Below are positions 18,454 through 29,258 of a stretch of 64,000 bases of DNA, one piece after another. Under the pieces are notes generated by a model, which ran no database searches, was not told where the DNA came from, and worked only from the letters and a program-made list of their open reading frames with translations. The stretch comes from Calditrichota bacterium (GTDB taxonomy: Bacteria > Calditrichota > Calditrichia > Calditrichales > J004): NCBI GenBank assembly GCA_963723365.1, contig CAVRRG010000035.1:4752-68751 (forward strand). Direction: 5' to 3'. Within the stretch, counting starts at the first letter, position 1. Each line of letters starts with the position of its first letter. Made by a program: the position numbers and the translations under genes.

Positions 18454-21400
18454 CTATTTTAAATTTGGTCCAAGCCATTTCTCCGCTTCTTTAATGCTTA
18501 TCCCTTTGCGCCGCGCGTAATCTTCAAGTTGATCAGAATCTACTTTCCCAAGGCCAAAATATTGACTTTGCGGATGGGCAAAATACCATCCTGAAACAGA
18601 TGCGGCAGGCAACATGGCAAAAGATTCGGTCAAACTTATTCCAACATTGTCTGAAGCATTTAGTAATTTAAAAAGAGTTTCTTTCTGGCTATGATCAGGA
18701 CAGGCAGGATAACCGGGAGCTGGTCTTATCCCCCTGTATTTTTCTTTCACCAAGTCTTCAGAATTTATTTTTTCATTTTTTGAATAACCCCAAATTTCTG
18801 TGCGTAACTTAAAATGCATTAATTCAGCGAAAGCTTCAGCTAATCTATCTGCCACAGCCTTTGCCAGAATACTATTATAGTCATCATGGTCATCCTCAAA
18901 TTTTTCAACGATCTTATTAAGACCAATACCTGCAGTAACAGCAAATGCGCCTATGTAATCGTGAATACCTGAATCTTTGGGGGCGATAAAATCTGCTAAA
19001 GCAAAATTTGCCCGGTCATTTCGCCGTTTCATTTGCTGGCGCAAGGTTTGAATGGTTGCGCGCACACTATTACGGTTTTCGTCATAAATTATAATATCGT
19101 CCATAACACTATTTGCAGGGAAAACACCAACAACGGCCTTTGCTGTCAGACTTTTGTTTTTTATTATTCGCTCCAGCAGCTTCTGGGCATCATCATATAC
19201 TTGGCGGGCCTCATCATTTTGAAGAATCGCCGGGTAAGATCCTTTCAGTTCCCAAACTGAAAAGAACGGAGCCCAATCAATAAATTCCCTTAATTCACTT
19301 AAAGGAAAATCTTCATAGATTTTTAATGCTGTTTCAGTGGGCTTAGTGAAGTTGTCTGTACCCAAATCAATTTCAAATTTGTTTGTTCTGGCATCATCAA
19401 GTTTGATTAAATTGGTCTGGTTAATTCCTGCTATGTATGAAGATCTTATTTCTTCCAACTGACTGTTCGTTTCAGAAATAAAGGATTCTTTATTTTCGGG
19501 ATGAAGAATTTTACTGGCCACATCAACAGCTTTGGAAGCGTCCAATACATGCACCATTGGTCCGGAATACTCGGGATGTATTTTTACGGCGGTATGCTTT
19601 TTAGAAGTGGTAGCACCTCCAATTAATAGCGGTATTTTAAATTCCAAACGCTCCATCTCTTTTGCAACATGAACCATTTCATCGAGCGATGGAGTGATGA
19701 GTCCGCTTAGACCAATAATATCAACATTTTCTTCTTTTGCGGTTTCAAGAATTTTTTCGGCTGCAACCATTACACCCAAATCAATAACCTGATAATTATT
19801 GCAACCAAGAACTACTCCAACAATATTTTTCCCAATATCATGAACATCACCTTTGACAGTAGCCAGTAATACTTTTTGAACACTCCTTGTCGTTTCATGT
19901 TTTTCAGCTTCAATAAATGGCAATAAATAAGCTACGGCCTTTTTCATTACACGAGCACTTTTTACTACCTGTGGTAGAAACATTTTCCCTGCACCAAAAA
20001 GATCTCCCACAGCTTGCATTCCATCCATTAAAGGCTGCTCAATAACATGAATAGGCGCTTCATACTTTTGTCGGGCCTCTTCAACATCTTCTTCGATAAA
20101 ATCCACTATTCCTTTTATGAGGGAATGTTCTAGTCTTTTTTCAACCGAATCTTTGCGCCAGTTCAAATCTTCGCTTTTTTTGACACCTTTTTGTTTAACT
20201 GTTTCGGCAAAAGAAACCAATTCTTCCGTTGCCTCCGGACGGCGATTAAACAGAACATTTTCCACAAGCTTTAAGAGATTTGGATCAATCTCTTCATAAA
20301 TTTCAATTTGCCCCGCATTCACTATCCCCATATCCATACCTTCTTTAATTGCATGGTAGAGAAAGGCGGAATGCATTGCTTCACGCACTGTATTGTTACC
20401 CCGAAAAGAAAAAGATAAGTTGCTAATTCCGCCACTTATTAAAACATGTGGCAGGTTTTCTTTTAACCACTTAACAGCTTTGATAAAATAGAGTGCGTAT
20501 TCATTGTGTTCTTCAATTCCTGTTGCAATAGCAAATATATTGGGGTCAAAGATTATTTCTTCAGCAGGAAATTCTAATTTTTGTGTCAGCAGATCATAAG
20601 CACGTTTGCAAATTTCAATTTTGCGTTCATATGTATCAGCTTGACCGTCCTCATCAAAAGCCATCACAATTATAGAAGCACCGTACTTTTTAGCCAGGGC
20701 AGCCTGTTCAAGAAATTTCTCTTCGCCTTCCTTTAGGCTGATTGAATTAACAATGGCCTTGCCTTGTACCTGCTGCAGACCTTTTTCAATAACGGTCCAT
20801 TTAGAGGAGTCAACCATAATCGGTACTTTGCAGATCTCAGGCTCTGTTGCAACCAATTTCAGGAAATGAACCATGGCTTTTTCAGAGTCCAGCATTCCCT
20901 CATCCATGTTGATATCAATAACCTGTGCGCCGTTTTCCACCTGGTTTCTTGCAACAGAAAGAGCTGTTTCAAAATCATCATTTAGAATTAAATTAGCGAA
21001 ACGAGCTGAACCTGTAACATTGCATCGCTCTCCTATGTTTACAAAGTTGGTCTCTGGTCTTATTGTTAAGGGTTCCAGTCCGCTGAATTGAGTCTTTATA
21101 TCAATTTGTGGGATTTCCCTTGGTTTATGTCCGGCAATTTTTTCAGTAAATAGTTTTATATGATCAGGGGTGGTTCCGCAACATCCACCAACAATATTCA
21201 AAAACCCGGAAGCGGCGTATTCTTCCAGAACACTATTCATTTCTTGCGGAGATTCATCATATCCGCCAAACTCATTTGGCAATCCTGCGTTGGGATAGAG
21301 AGAAACAAAAGCAGGAGCATTATCGGATATTATTTCTATAAATGGACGCATCTGTTTTGGACCCAAAGAACAGTTTAACCCAATACTGAAAGCGTTTACA

Positions 21401-22113
21401 TGTTTAACGGATACTAAAAAAGCTTCAAGCGTCTGTCCGGAGAGCGTTCTGCCACTTTGATCAATAATAGTTACAGAGATCATTATTGGAAGGCGTTTAC
21501 CCGTCTCTTCAAAGTAATTTTCAATGGCAAAAAAAGCTGCCTTTGCATTCAAAGTATCAAATATAGTTTCCACCAATAAAATATCTGCACCGCCGTCAAC
21601 AAGACCCCGCACCTGCTGATAATAACCTTCAACAACCTCATCCCATGAAACTGAGCGTTGAGACGGATCATTAACATCCGGTGAAATAGAGAGTGAAGCA
21701 TTCATCGGTCCTAAAGCGCCTGCAACAAAACGCGGTTTATCCGGAGTTTTTTTTGTTTTTTCGGTAGCGGCTTTTTTGGCAATTTGGGTGGAGGCCAGGT
21801 TCATTTCATAAACAATATCAACCAGGTTATAATCACGCTGCGAAATACCATTGGCATTAAATGTATTTGTACCAATGATATCTGCACCGGATTCGAGATA
21901 CAGACTATGTATTTCTTCTATTATTTTGGGCTGTGTTAGGCTTAACAGATCGTTATTGCCTTTAAGATCCTGCTCAAAATCTTTAAAGCGTTCAGACCTG
22001 TAGCCCGCTTCATCCAGTTTATAGGATTGAATGACAGTACCCATCGCTCCATCCAGTATCAAGATGCGTTTTTTGAGATGAGATTCCAAAATGTCGAAAA
22101 TATTTGCGTCCAT
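18454..22113 (-). CDS. metH: Cobalamin-dependent methionine synthase
   Basis: 1219 aa with all modules: Hcy-binding (GGCCGTTP), pterin-binding, B12-binding ([11 protein letters not shown]) and the AdoMet activation domain. Confidence 0.95.
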   Translation of the reverse strand: MDANIFDILESHLKKRILILDGAMGTVIQSYKLDEAGYRSERFKDFEQDLKGNNDLLSLTQPKIIEEIHSLYLESGADIIGTNTFNANGISQRDYNLVDIVYEMNLASTQIAKKAATEKTKKTPDKPRFVAGALGPMNASLSISPDVNDPSQRSVSWDEVVEGYYQQVRGLVDGGADILLVETIFDTLNAKAAFFAIENYFEETGKRLPIMISVTIIDQSGRTLSGQTLEAFLVSVKHVNAFSIGLNCSLGPKQMRPFIEIISDNAPAFVSLYPNAGLPNEFGGYDESPQEMNSVLEEYAASGFLNIVGGCCGTTPDHIKLFTEKIAGHKPREIPQIDIKTQFSGLEPLTIRPETNFVNIGERCNVTGSARFANLILNDDFETALSVARNQVENGAQVIDINMDEGMLDSEKAMVHFLKLVATEPEICKVPIMVDSSKWTVIEKGLQQVQGKAIVNSISLKEGEEKFLEQAALAKKYGASIIVMAFDEDGQADTYERKIEICKRAYDLLTQKLEFPAEEIIFDPNIFAIATGIEEHNEYALYFIKAVKWLKENLPHVLISGGISNLSFSFRGNNTVREAMHSAFLYHAIKEGMDMGIVNAGQIEIYEEIDPNLLKLVENVLFNRRPEATEELVSFAETVKQKGVKKSEDLNWRKDSVEKRLEHSLIKGIVDFIEEDVEEARQKYEAPIHVIEQPLMDGMQAVGDLFGAGKMFLPQVVKSARVMKKAVAYLLPFIEAEKHETTRSVQKVLLATVKGDVHDIGKNIVGVVLGCNNYQVIDLGVMVAAEKILETAKEENVDIIGLSGLITPSLDEMVHVAKEMERLEFKIPLLIGGATTSKKHTAVKIHPEYSGPMVHVLDASKAVDVASKILHPENKESFISETNSQLEEIRSSYIAGINQTNLIKLDDARTNKFEIDLGTDNFTKPTETALKIYEDFPLSELREFIDWAPFFSVWELKGSYPAILQNDEARQVYDDAQKLLERIIKNKSLTAKAVVGVFPANSVMDDIIIYDENRNSVRATIQTLRQQMKRRNDRANFALADFIAPKDSGIHDYIGAFAVTAGIGLNKIVEKFEDDHDDYNSILAKAVADRLAEAFAELMHFKLRTEIWGYSKNEKINSEDLVKEKYRGIRPAPGYPACPDHSQKETLFKLLNASDNVGISLTESFAMLPAASVSGWYFAHPQSQYFGLGKVDSDQLEDYARRKGISIKEAEKWLGPNLK

Positions 22114-22230
22114 TTAATTCTTCACTAGTTTTTGTTGGCGCTTAAGATACAAAATATGGCTGTACTAAAATAGAGGTAATAAAAATTATCACACTTTTTG
22201 TGATATGATTGTTGAGTTGAGAAATAGTTA

Positions 22231-22266
22231 AAAAAAAAGAGCTCCTGTAAAATAACAGAAGCTCTT
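22231..22266 (-). terminator. Rho-independent terminator closing the nos operon
   Basis: The minus strand reads AGAGCTTCTGT-TATTTT-ACAGGAGCTCT (11-bp stem, one G-T pair) followed by T7-8. It lies 24 nt after the fasciclin gene stop. Confidence 0.8.
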
Positions 22267-22289
22267 ATGGATTGTAAATATTTCAGTGC

Positions 22290-22814
22290 TTATTCGTACA
22301 AAAAGACTTTGTCAACAACGTGAACAACGCCATTAGAAGCATCCACAGTACCCAATATTTTTGCTCCATGAACATATACACCATCTTCTTTAACTTCTAC
22401 TTTTACATTTTGTCCAGTAGCCATATATAAAGTAGCCTGTTTTTCCAATAATTCACCGGCAAATGTTCCGGGAGAGGCATGACCTGTAATAATCTGTGCA
22501 AGTTTGCCTTGATTCTCCGGTTTTAACAACTCTTCCACTGTGCCTTCAGGTAAGGCTTCAAAAGCAGCATTGGTTGGGGCAAACACGGTTAAGGGACCTG
22601 GATTAACCAGAACATTTTCCAATTTTGCTGCCTGCACTGCTGCGACCAGTGTTGTGTGATCCGCTGAACCAATGGCAATTTGTAAAATATTTATTTTGGA
22701 ATCTTCATCTATTACACCCGCCTGACCATGTGTTTTTGATGAAAGATCTTCCCCTTCCTTTTGGACGCAGGATATAAAAGTTAAAAACGCAACGAAAAAT
22801 ACAAGTATCTTCAT
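22290..22814 (-). CDS. Fasciclin (FAS1) domain lipoprotein
   Basis: Lipobox FISC. Carries TVFAPTNAAFEALP and NGVVHVVDKVF FAS1 motifs. GAGGAGG RBS present. The gene starts 35 nt downstream of nosY. Confidence 0.85.
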   Translation of the reverse strand: MKILVFFVAFLTFISCVQKEGEDLSSKTHGQAGVIDEDSKINILQIAIGSADHTTLVAAVQAAKLENVLVNPGPLTVFAPTNAAFEALPEGTVEELLKPENQGKLAQIITGHASPGTFAGELLEKQATLYMATGQNVKVEVKEDGVYVHGAKILGTVDASNGVVHVVDKVFLYE

Positions 22815-22849
22815 TAATTACCTCCTCTATGAGAATTATTATAAGTTAT

Positions 22850-23638
22850 TTAAAAATCTTTTTTTAAGAATAAACGTTTAGCAGCAAGCCCGGGAATAAT
22901 TATCCATAAAAACATAACGCCTAACGAGATAAAAATACCTGCATTACTGCCAAAAAATCTGGAAAAGGAGGCTCCTGTATAGCCCATTAAAGCAGCAACA
23001 TCTAATTGCATTAGCAAGTAAATACGACCTAAATCTATCGGATTAAGCAAACTAAAGGCGATGGATATTTTATCCAGTGGGTAATCTGCAAAAATAAAAA
23101 GAAGCAGCATTATAATGCCGTCATAAATAAGGATAAAAAAGAGCCATACCAGAACGGCCAGTCCTAACCCCTTTATTTTATCTTCAAAACGATTTGAAAA
23201 ATAAAAAGCTAATCCGCAAAAAATGAAAGTGAGAACAATCCCACTTACTAAAAGATTTATAAAAGCCATCTGGCTTTGGGCGTCAATCCTGCTGTATAAC
23301 ATCGGAATGCCAACCCCTGCAACAAAAGCGAGTGCTAACGGAAAAGCCAGTCCCAGGTACATTCCCCAGAACATATTTCTGCGGTCTACTGGCTGTGTAA
23401 GCAGCAGTTCTATAAATTCACGGGAATTGTATATATAGATCATCCCAAATAATAATGCTACTAACGGGATTAGAATTAAAACTATGTTCATCAAGCTTAA
23501 TACTACATGGCCGCCACTGCCTCCAAAACGAAAAAGAATATCTGTACTGATCCAGAAAAAAATACCGTAGGCTAAAAGCCATTTACTCCGTAATAAATCA
23601 TGCAGTTCATATTTAATAATTTTTGATAGAATGTTCAT
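22850..23638 (-). CDS. nosY: ABC-2 type permease NosY
   Basis: 262 aa with about 6 TM helices, immediately downstream of nosF in the nosDFY arrangement. Confidence 0.8.
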   Translation of the reverse strand: MNILSKIIKYELHDLLRSKWLLAYGIFFWISTDILFRFGGSGGHVVLSLMNIVLILIPLVALLFGMIYIYNSREFIELLLTQPVDRRNMFWGMYLGLAFPLALAFVAGVGIPMLYSRIDAQSQMAFINLLVSGIVLTFIFCGLAFYFSNRFEDKIKGLGLAVLVWLFFILIYDGIIMLLLFIFADYPLDKISIAFSLLNPIDLGRIYLLMQLDVAALMGYTGASFSRFFGSNAGIFISLGVMFLWIIIPGLAAKRLFLKKDF

Positions 23639-23650
23639 GGGCTATTTCTT

Positions 23651-24355
23651 TTAATTTTCAGACATCAATTTGGCGATTGCCAGTTCCAGACCTTTTTGTT
23701 TTGTATGATCCTTAACCATATCAACCGATCCCTCAAAATAAATTTTTCCATCCAACAGAAAAATGATCTTATCTGCCAGTTCCTCTATTTCACTCATTAT
23801 GTGAGAAGTAAGGATAAAGGTTTTTCCTTTTTTACATTCATCAATTATTTTATTTTTTAAGGCGCTGCTGGCAATGGGATCGAGGCCCGCTGTAGGCTCG
23901 TCAAGAATCAGCGTTTGTGGTCTGAACATGAAGGCGATAACGGCACTTACTTTTTGTCGGGTCCCGCCAGATAATGTTTTTAACGATTTTTCCATTTCTT
24001 TTTGAAGATTAAATATCTCTATTAATTCATCGTCTGTATTTTCAGGATTACCGCGTAAATCTCTTACGAGCCGCAGCAGCTCTCTTACTTTTAAATTATC
24101 CGGGAAACGGGCGATTTGTGGCATATATCCTAAATGTTTCCTGTAGTTACAATCTCCGTTTACTTCCTCTCCATTGACTTCAATTGTTCCGTTATCCGGT
24201 TTAACAAGTCCAAGAATGCTTTTTATAAGCGTAGTCTTTCCCGAAGCGTTAGGTCCCACGATGGCATAAATTTTTCCATCTTCTATATCCAGGTCAATTC
24301 CATTAAGAATATCCAGTTTACCAAAGCGTTTCTTTAAATCGATAATCTTTATCAT
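23651..24355 (-). CDS. nosF: ABC transporter ATP-binding protein NosF
   Basis: Walker A GPNASGKTT, signature LSGGTRQK and Walker B LILDEP. Overlaps nosD by 4 nt. Confidence 0.85.
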   Translation of the reverse strand: MIKIIDLKKRFGKLDILNGIDLDIEDGKIYAIVGPNASGKTTLIKSILGLVKPDNGTIEVNGEEVNGDCNYRKHLGYMPQIARFPDNLKVRELLRLVRDLRGNPENTDDELIEIFNLQKEMEKSLKTLSGGTRQKVSAVIAFMFRPQTLILDEPTAGLDPIASSALKNKIIDECKKGKTFILTSHIMSEIEELADKIIFLLDGKIYFEGSVDMVKDHTKQKGLELAIAKLMSEN

Positions 24356-25584
24356 GGAATTCTCCGCATCAAGGGCCTATTGTCAGTCAGGGTTTCGGGT
24401 GTAAGAACAGGAATTATTGATTCTGCTAAATTTAATATATCAACAAAAAAGCTGCGTGTAAGCGTTAATGAAGGTTCATTTTGTTCAACCAAATACGAAA
24501 AGAGTTTTACCGGGCGATAGGGCACATCACCAATTCCATTGCGGTCAAGGTCATATCCTGAATATTTATCCCAATAATTCGATGAGAACTCATTAAAATT
24601 TTGGCGGCTATTGGTAGCAATGTCGAAGGTGTTTGCTAAAAAATTATTGGATTCAAATGTATTATCCATGCAATTACCCATTATTTTAACAGCCCAGCCA
24701 TTCTGCTCGAAAGTATTGTGGGTAACTTTTATTCTATTGGATGATTCAGAATACAGACCCCGTGAATTTTTTAAGAATACATTATTCTCTATAACACTAT
24801 CAGTGATTTCTTTAAGAAGTAAGCCGAAAGATGCCGAACCCCAGTTATATTCAAAGCGGTTGTCTTTCATTTCAACATTGCGGGTGTACATAACAGCTAC
24901 ACCGGATCCATTATTCTTAAAAACATTTCGAAAATAGTTGCAGCGGTTAGAAAACATAAAATGCAGACCATAACGCAGATTTTTTTCACTATGGTTGTTT
25001 AGAACCAGGCTTTCTTCCACAAATTCAAAATATATACCATCTCTATGACCGGTGACAGAGTTATTTTGCACGGTTATTTTTTTACAATACCACAAATGAA
25101 TGCCATTGCCGGCGGCAGATTCTTTTACAGATTGCGCTTTTATAACATTATTCTCAATTATGCAATTGTATGATTTGGCCAGGTATATGGAGAAAAAGTT
25201 ATTGCTAAATGTATTATTTCGAATAATACAATTTTCCGCATCATCCAACTTAATGGCGGAATAATCATTAATATAGCTTACCGGTACATTACGGAATTCT
25301 AAACCGCTGATAGTTACGTTTTTAGCAGATATGACAAAGATGTGCCCTTTTTCAGAACCATCGATAATAGCATTTTTTTCGCCTAAAATGACGATGGGTT
25401 TATTTATTAAAATACCATTCTCTTTATAAACCCCAGCCTTTAAAACAATTGTATCGCCGGCTGCAGATCTGTTTACAGATTCCTGAATCGAAAGAGAATT
25501 AATATCAATAATCCTGATATCATTGGCCCTTACAGCAAATACTATAACAATGAAATTTAGAATTATGTAGACATTTTTTTTCAT
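24352..25584 (-). CDS. nosD: Periplasmic copper-binding beta-helix protein NosD
   Basis: Parallel beta-helix repeats (NNxFxxN, IHLWY, GLHFMFS) sit in nos context. The ORF is open to 25653, but the ATG at 25584 (MKKNVYII... signal peptide) is the likely start. Confidence 0.85.
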   Translation of the reverse strand: MKKNVYIILNFIVIVFAVRANDIRIIDINSLSIQESVNRSAAGDTIVLKAGVYKENGILINKPIVILGEKNAIIDGSEKGHIFVISAKNVTISGLEFRNVPVSYINDYSAIKLDDAENCIIRNNTFSNNFFSIYLAKSYNCIIENNVIKAQSVKESAAGNGIHLWYCKKITVQNNSVTGHRDGIYFEFVEESLVLNNHSEKNLRYGLHFMFSNRCNYFRNVFKNNGSGVAVMYTRNVEMKDNRFEYNWGSASFGLLLKEITDSVIENNVFLKNSRGLYSESSNRIKVTHNTFEQNGWAVKIMGNCMDNTFESNNFLANTFDIATNSRQNFNEFSSNYWDKYSGYDLDRNGIGDVPYRPVKLFSYLVEQNEPSLTLTRSFFVDILNLAESIIPVLTPETLTDNRPLMRRIP

Positions 25585-25709
25585 ATGTATTTTAAAAAGG
25601 GCCTCAAAGACCGACCTAAAAATTCGTACTGAAGTTTCGAAGGCTCGTGGCATGAATCCTCATTATTATCAGGTTACGATGCTTTGAAGGCCCAATTGTG
25701 ATAAAATGA

Positions 25710-26159
25710 TCATTTTAACCATTCTTCTTGCACCAGAAGTTGCACTTCCTGCCAGCGAATAGCTTTCCCGGCATATGTACTTTGCATTGATTTTACAGCA
25801 TCATGATTTTTAAAACTGCTTAAATTTGCACCCATGGGGCTTTTTAATTCTTTACTATGCAGATACCAGGCCTGGGAGGCGTCAATAAATGTTTCCGGAT
25901 TATTAAAATCTATTGTCCATAAACGGTATACATTTTCTGTCTCTTTTTTGTCTTTGATTATATAAGCGGCCATGCATTCTATGGAATCAAATTTATAAGC
26001 TTTCCCTTTTGACGTAAGCAATTCACCGCCAAAACGCTGGTCAGAAATAATCATCCTGCAGTAACTGCAGCCATCTTCTCCAAAGTGGATAGGAACAGGT
26101 TCTTTTGAACAGCCGGATACATATGTAATTATAAATAAAATTAGAAGAACCTTTTTCAT
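25710..26159 (-). CDS. nosL: Copper chaperone lipoprotein NosL
   Basis: Lipobox VSGC. CSYCRMIISDQRFGGELLTSKGKAYKFDSIECM is a typical NosL sequence. Confidence 0.85.
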   Translation of the reverse strand: MKKVLLILFIITYVSGCSKEPVPIHFGEDGCSYCRMIISDQRFGGELLTSKGKAYKFDSIECMAAYIIKDKKETENVYRLWTIDFNNPETFIDASQAWYLHSKELKSPMGANLSSFKNHDAVKSMQSTYAGKAIRWQEVQLLVQEEWLK

Positions 26160-26734
26160 TTTATCTTCTGTTCCCGTTTATTCAGTAGAGCATATAATCC
26201 AAGTAAAATTGAAATTCCCATCAGTATTCCACCAAAAGAAGGCAATGAGGTACTTGTAAAATTGAGAATTTGTTTCGTTCCAATCAACGGCGGTTGATAA
26301 CTCATGCCCGGTACCTTAATGGCTGCCATTGGATCCAGATTATGTCCAAAGTCATATCCCCACTGATAATAGTCATATAATCCAAATAGCATTAAAGCAA
26401 TAAAAAGAATGACCCAAATCCAGCCGAACCATTTTTTATTTATAACAAATACCAGAAGACCGAATACAATTAATCCTGCAACAATATATGGCATTACCTT
26501 TAATTCAGGGATGGAGTCCGGTTCAATTTTTTTCATCCCTATATAATGATTTAAACCGTTAATATTTGAAAGATCATTGGGGTTTACTCCTGTCATTGTA
26601 TCAAGCCATATATACATCCCGATTCCTTCAGGATATTGTGGCGCGTCCAGGGAAATTTTCCATAACGGCAAAAAATATGTTAATATTAAAATCAAACTTG
26701 CGACTAAAAACATCTTTCGTGATAATGGTGTCAT
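26156..26734 (-). CDS. nosB: Four-TM membrane protein at the nosB position of clade II nos clusters
   Basis: 192 aa with four predicted TM helices. It lies directly downstream of nosZ and its stop overlaps the nosL start by 4 nt. The assignment rests on position and topology only. Confidence 0.55.
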   Translation of the reverse strand: MTPLSRKMFLVASLILILTYFLPLWKISLDAPQYPEGIGMYIWLDTMTGVNPNDLSNINGLNHYIGMKKIEPDSIPELKVMPYIVAGLIVFGLLVFVINKKWFGWIWVILFIALMLFGLYDYYQWGYDFGHNLDPMAAIKVPGMSYQPPLIGTKQILNFTSTSLPSFGGILMGISILLGLYALLNKREQKIK

Positions 26735-26793
26735 TTTTCTTATCCTGAAAATATAAGCCCCGCATGTGTTTCTTCATACGGGGCTTTAGAATA

Positions 26794-28746
26794 TTATTTA
26801 TTTGTACCAAATGTTAATGGAACGTTGGAGTTTCGTGGTGAAACTCTGATATAACCCTGCATCTCCTGGTGCAGTGCAGAACAGAAATCCGTGCAATAGA
26901 AAGGAAAAACACCTACGTTTTTAGCTTCCCAAACCAGTGTTCTTGTTTCACCAGGCATTACGAGTAATTCAGATGTTGGAGCGCCAAACATAGCGAAACC
27001 GTGCGGAACATCCCAATCTTGTTCCAGGTTCGTCACATGGAAGAAAACCTTATCACCAACCTTAACACCTTCAATATTATCAGGCGTAAAGTGAGTTCGG
27101 ATTGTTGTCATATTTATATGAACTTCTTTTCCTTTACGGACAACTTTGGCTTCTGCCTCACCTTTTGAAGAATAGGGGTGTTCGTTTTCTTCTATTTTGA
27201 AATATTTGGTTTGGTTTTTCATTACAACATCAGCAGCAATACCCTGTGCATAGTGAGGTTCACCCATTGTTGGAAAATCGAGTAATAATTTCATTTTATC
27301 ACCAGAAATATCAAAAAGCTGGGCAGAATGCGCAAGTTCAGGTCCTGTTGGTAAATAACGATCTTTGGTAATTTTGTTTAATGCTACAACATATTTACCC
27401 CATGGGTTTTGGCTATCCCCACCAGGAATGCTTAAGTGACCAATAGAGTAATACGTAGGAATTCGATCAACCACTTCCCAGGTTCCAATTTCCCACTTTA
27501 CGATTTCAGACGTAATAAAGGCAGACGTATACGCAAAACCTTTTCCATCAAATTCTGTATGCAATGGACCAAGGCCACAATTTTTAACTTCACCAGCGAT
27601 AACGGATTCATATTTTAAAACAGGAATGCCACCGGATTCGCCTTCGAACTCTTCATTTTCAATAGCTTTTAACATTTTGCTAAAAGAATGTACCGGGATA
27701 AGAGCCGCAAGTTTACCGCCGGCAGCTATATATTCACCGCTTGGATCTACATCAACGCCATGTGGAGATTTTGGAGTTGGTAAATAATAAATTAATCCGG
27801 GAATATCCTTTGGACTCAGAATCTTAACAGACTTCTTCTCAATAGAGCTGGCAATGCGTGATTTTTCATCCAAACGATTAATCAAGTATGGAGATTTCAT
27901 TTCCTTAAAATTGCCATCCGCAACGGCTTGTTCAGCTAATTTCCAGTTAACAGCCGCGACAAAGTCTTTATCATTTTGCGAAGCGTTTACTTCCAGTAAG
28001 GTATTTGCCTGTTCGGTATTATAACATGTAAAAAATGCCCAACCATGAGAAGGACCTTTTCCGGCATGGGCTAAATCATAATCATAACCAGGGACTAAAA
28101 TCTGGAAAGCAATATCCATTTCACCGGATTCTTCTACCTTAATGAAGGAGATTGTGCCCTTAAAATTATCTTTATACTCTTTAATTGAAATATCTTTTTG
28201 GGGAATTGGAACGCTAAAACGGGTAGCGGCAACAACATATTCCGTGTTCATTGTTGTAAAAGGAGAAGCGTGATTGCCGGCCGAGTTAGGGATCTGAATG
28301 ATTTCATCTGTTTCAAATGTTGCAAGATTAATACGGGCAATCCGTGGTGTATTATTTCCATTAATAAATAACCAGCGTCCATCTGGAGTACCATTTGTTT
28401 GAGATAGTTCCGGGTGGTGTGCATCATCCCATGGAATATTTCCATACGTTGTATTCAGCATGGCTATGGTTTCTTCAGAATATCCGTAGCCATTTTCAGG
28501 AAACTGAGAAAAAACGGGGACGGTTTTTATTAATCTTCCCGATGGTAAACCGTGAACTGTTACATTCCCGCTGAATCCTCCTGAAGCAAAGAAATAAAAC
28601 TCATCGTATTCGCCTGGTGCTACATATACTTTTGAAGCAGCATCATTAACAGTGCTTGTGGTTTGACACTGACTCAGCATTATTGCAGCTGCCATTGCAA
28701 AAATAATGGCCCAAAGAATTTTTTTGGACTTAAAAATTGAACTCAT
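26794..28746 (-). CDS. nosZ: Nitrous-oxide reductase, clade II (Sec-dependent)
   Basis: CuZ His motifs are present (DDAHHP, GNHASPF, SPHGVDVDP, GLGPLHTEFD, GEPHYAQG). The CuA site reads VPHGF...FYCTDFCSALHQEM. The N-terminal signal lacks a twin-arginine. AAGGAGG RBS present. Confidence 0.95.
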   Translation of the reverse strand: MSSIFKSKKILWAIIFAMAAAIMLSQCQTTSTVNDAASKVYVAPGEYDEFYFFASGGFSGNVTVHGLPSGRLIKTVPVFSQFPENGYGYSEETIAMLNTTYGNIPWDDAHHPELSQTNGTPDGRWLFINGNNTPRIARINLATFETDEIIQIPNSAGNHASPFTTMNTEYVVAATRFSVPIPQKDISIKEYKDNFKGTISFIKVEESGEMDIAFQILVPGYDYDLAHAGKGPSHGWAFFTCYNTEQANTLLEVNASQNDKDFVAAVNWKLAEQAVADGNFKEMKSPYLINRLDEKSRIASSIEKKSVKILSPKDIPGLIYYLPTPKSPHGVDVDPSGEYIAAGGKLAALIPVHSFSKMLKAIENEEFEGESGGIPVLKYESVIAGEVKNCGLGPLHTEFDGKGFAYTSAFITSEIVKWEIGTWEVVDRIPTYYSIGHLSIPGGDSQNPWGKYVVALNKITKDRYLPTGPELAHSAQLFDISGDKMKLLLDFPTMGEPHYAQGIAADVVMKNQTKYFKIEENEHPYSSKGEAEAKVVRKGKEVHINMTTIRTHFTPDNIEGVKVGDKVFFHVTNLEQDWDVPHGFAMFGAPTSELLVMPGETRTLVWEAKNVGVFPFYCTDFCSALHQEMQGYIRVSPRNSNVPLTFGTNK

Positions 28747-28783
28747 AACAACCTCCTTTAGGTTAGTTTATATAATTTGAAAA

Positions 28784-29236
28784 TTAATACGTTTTATCTT
28801 GTTTTTCTTCGTAAAGCCTGCCATCTCCCTTTTTTATCTTTTTTGCCAGGTTTTTTAATGAACCGTTCTGAAAATCGAACTCTAATTTCTTTCTTGTTTT
28901 GAACCAGGCTTTATGCAAAATGCAGGGATCGTCTTCATTGCAGTTTTTTAAATCCATAACACAATCTTCAAATAGTTTTTCCCCGTCTAAAACCGAGATT
29001 ATATCCATGACAGATAATGATTCCGACGAAACTTTAAGTGCTACTCCACCTTTGGGTCCCTTTATAGATTCCACAATATTAGCATGCCCAAGTGTTTGTA
29101 ATATCTTTGTTAAAAAATGGAAGGGAATATCAAGTTTAGTGGCTATTTCTTTTATTGAAATAAAACGTCTCTGATCTTCCACAGCTAACAATAATACGGA
29201 TCGAATTCCATAAATACAGGATTTTGAGAGTAGCAT
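28784..29236 (-). CDS. Rrf2-family transcriptional regulator with a three-Cys putative Fe-S site
   Basis: N-terminal winged HTH (MLLSKSCIYGIRSVLLLA...ISIKEIATKLDIP) and C-x6-C-x5-C (CVMDLKNCNEDDPC), as in IscR/NsrR. It ends 37 nt upstream of nosZ. Confidence 0.85.
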   Translation of the reverse strand: MLLSKSCIYGIRSVLLLAVEDQRRFISIKEIATKLDIPFHFLTKILQTLGHANIVESIKGPKGGVALKVSSESLSVMDIISVLDGEKLFEDCVMDLKNCNEDDPCILHKAWFKTRKKLEFDFQNGSLKNLAKKIKKGDGRLYEEKQDKTY

Positions 29237-29258
29237 AATTTTTTCCCGGTCATTATAA

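Noticed and set aside
18446-18456. Convergent stops of the 1192-aa OMP gene and metH only 5 nt apart (similarly 4650/4655), considered as a possible bidirectional terminator or overlap-based regulation.
   Set aside because: No hairpin can form in 5 nt. Tight convergent packing recurs several times in this window and appears to be the genome's normal style.
22187-22205. TCACA-N5-TGTGA read as a CRP/FNR-family site.
   Set aside because: CRP-type sites are TGTGA-N6-TCACA. Here the half-sites are everted and the spacer is 5 nt. I kept it only as a generic inverted repeat of unknown role.
26794-28746. Whether NosZ could be a Tat-dependent clade I enzyme or a cytochrome-c-fused cNosZ.
   Set aside because: The N-terminus has no RR motif. 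The protein ends shortly after the CuA site with no CxxCH, so it is a plain Sec-type clade II NosZ.
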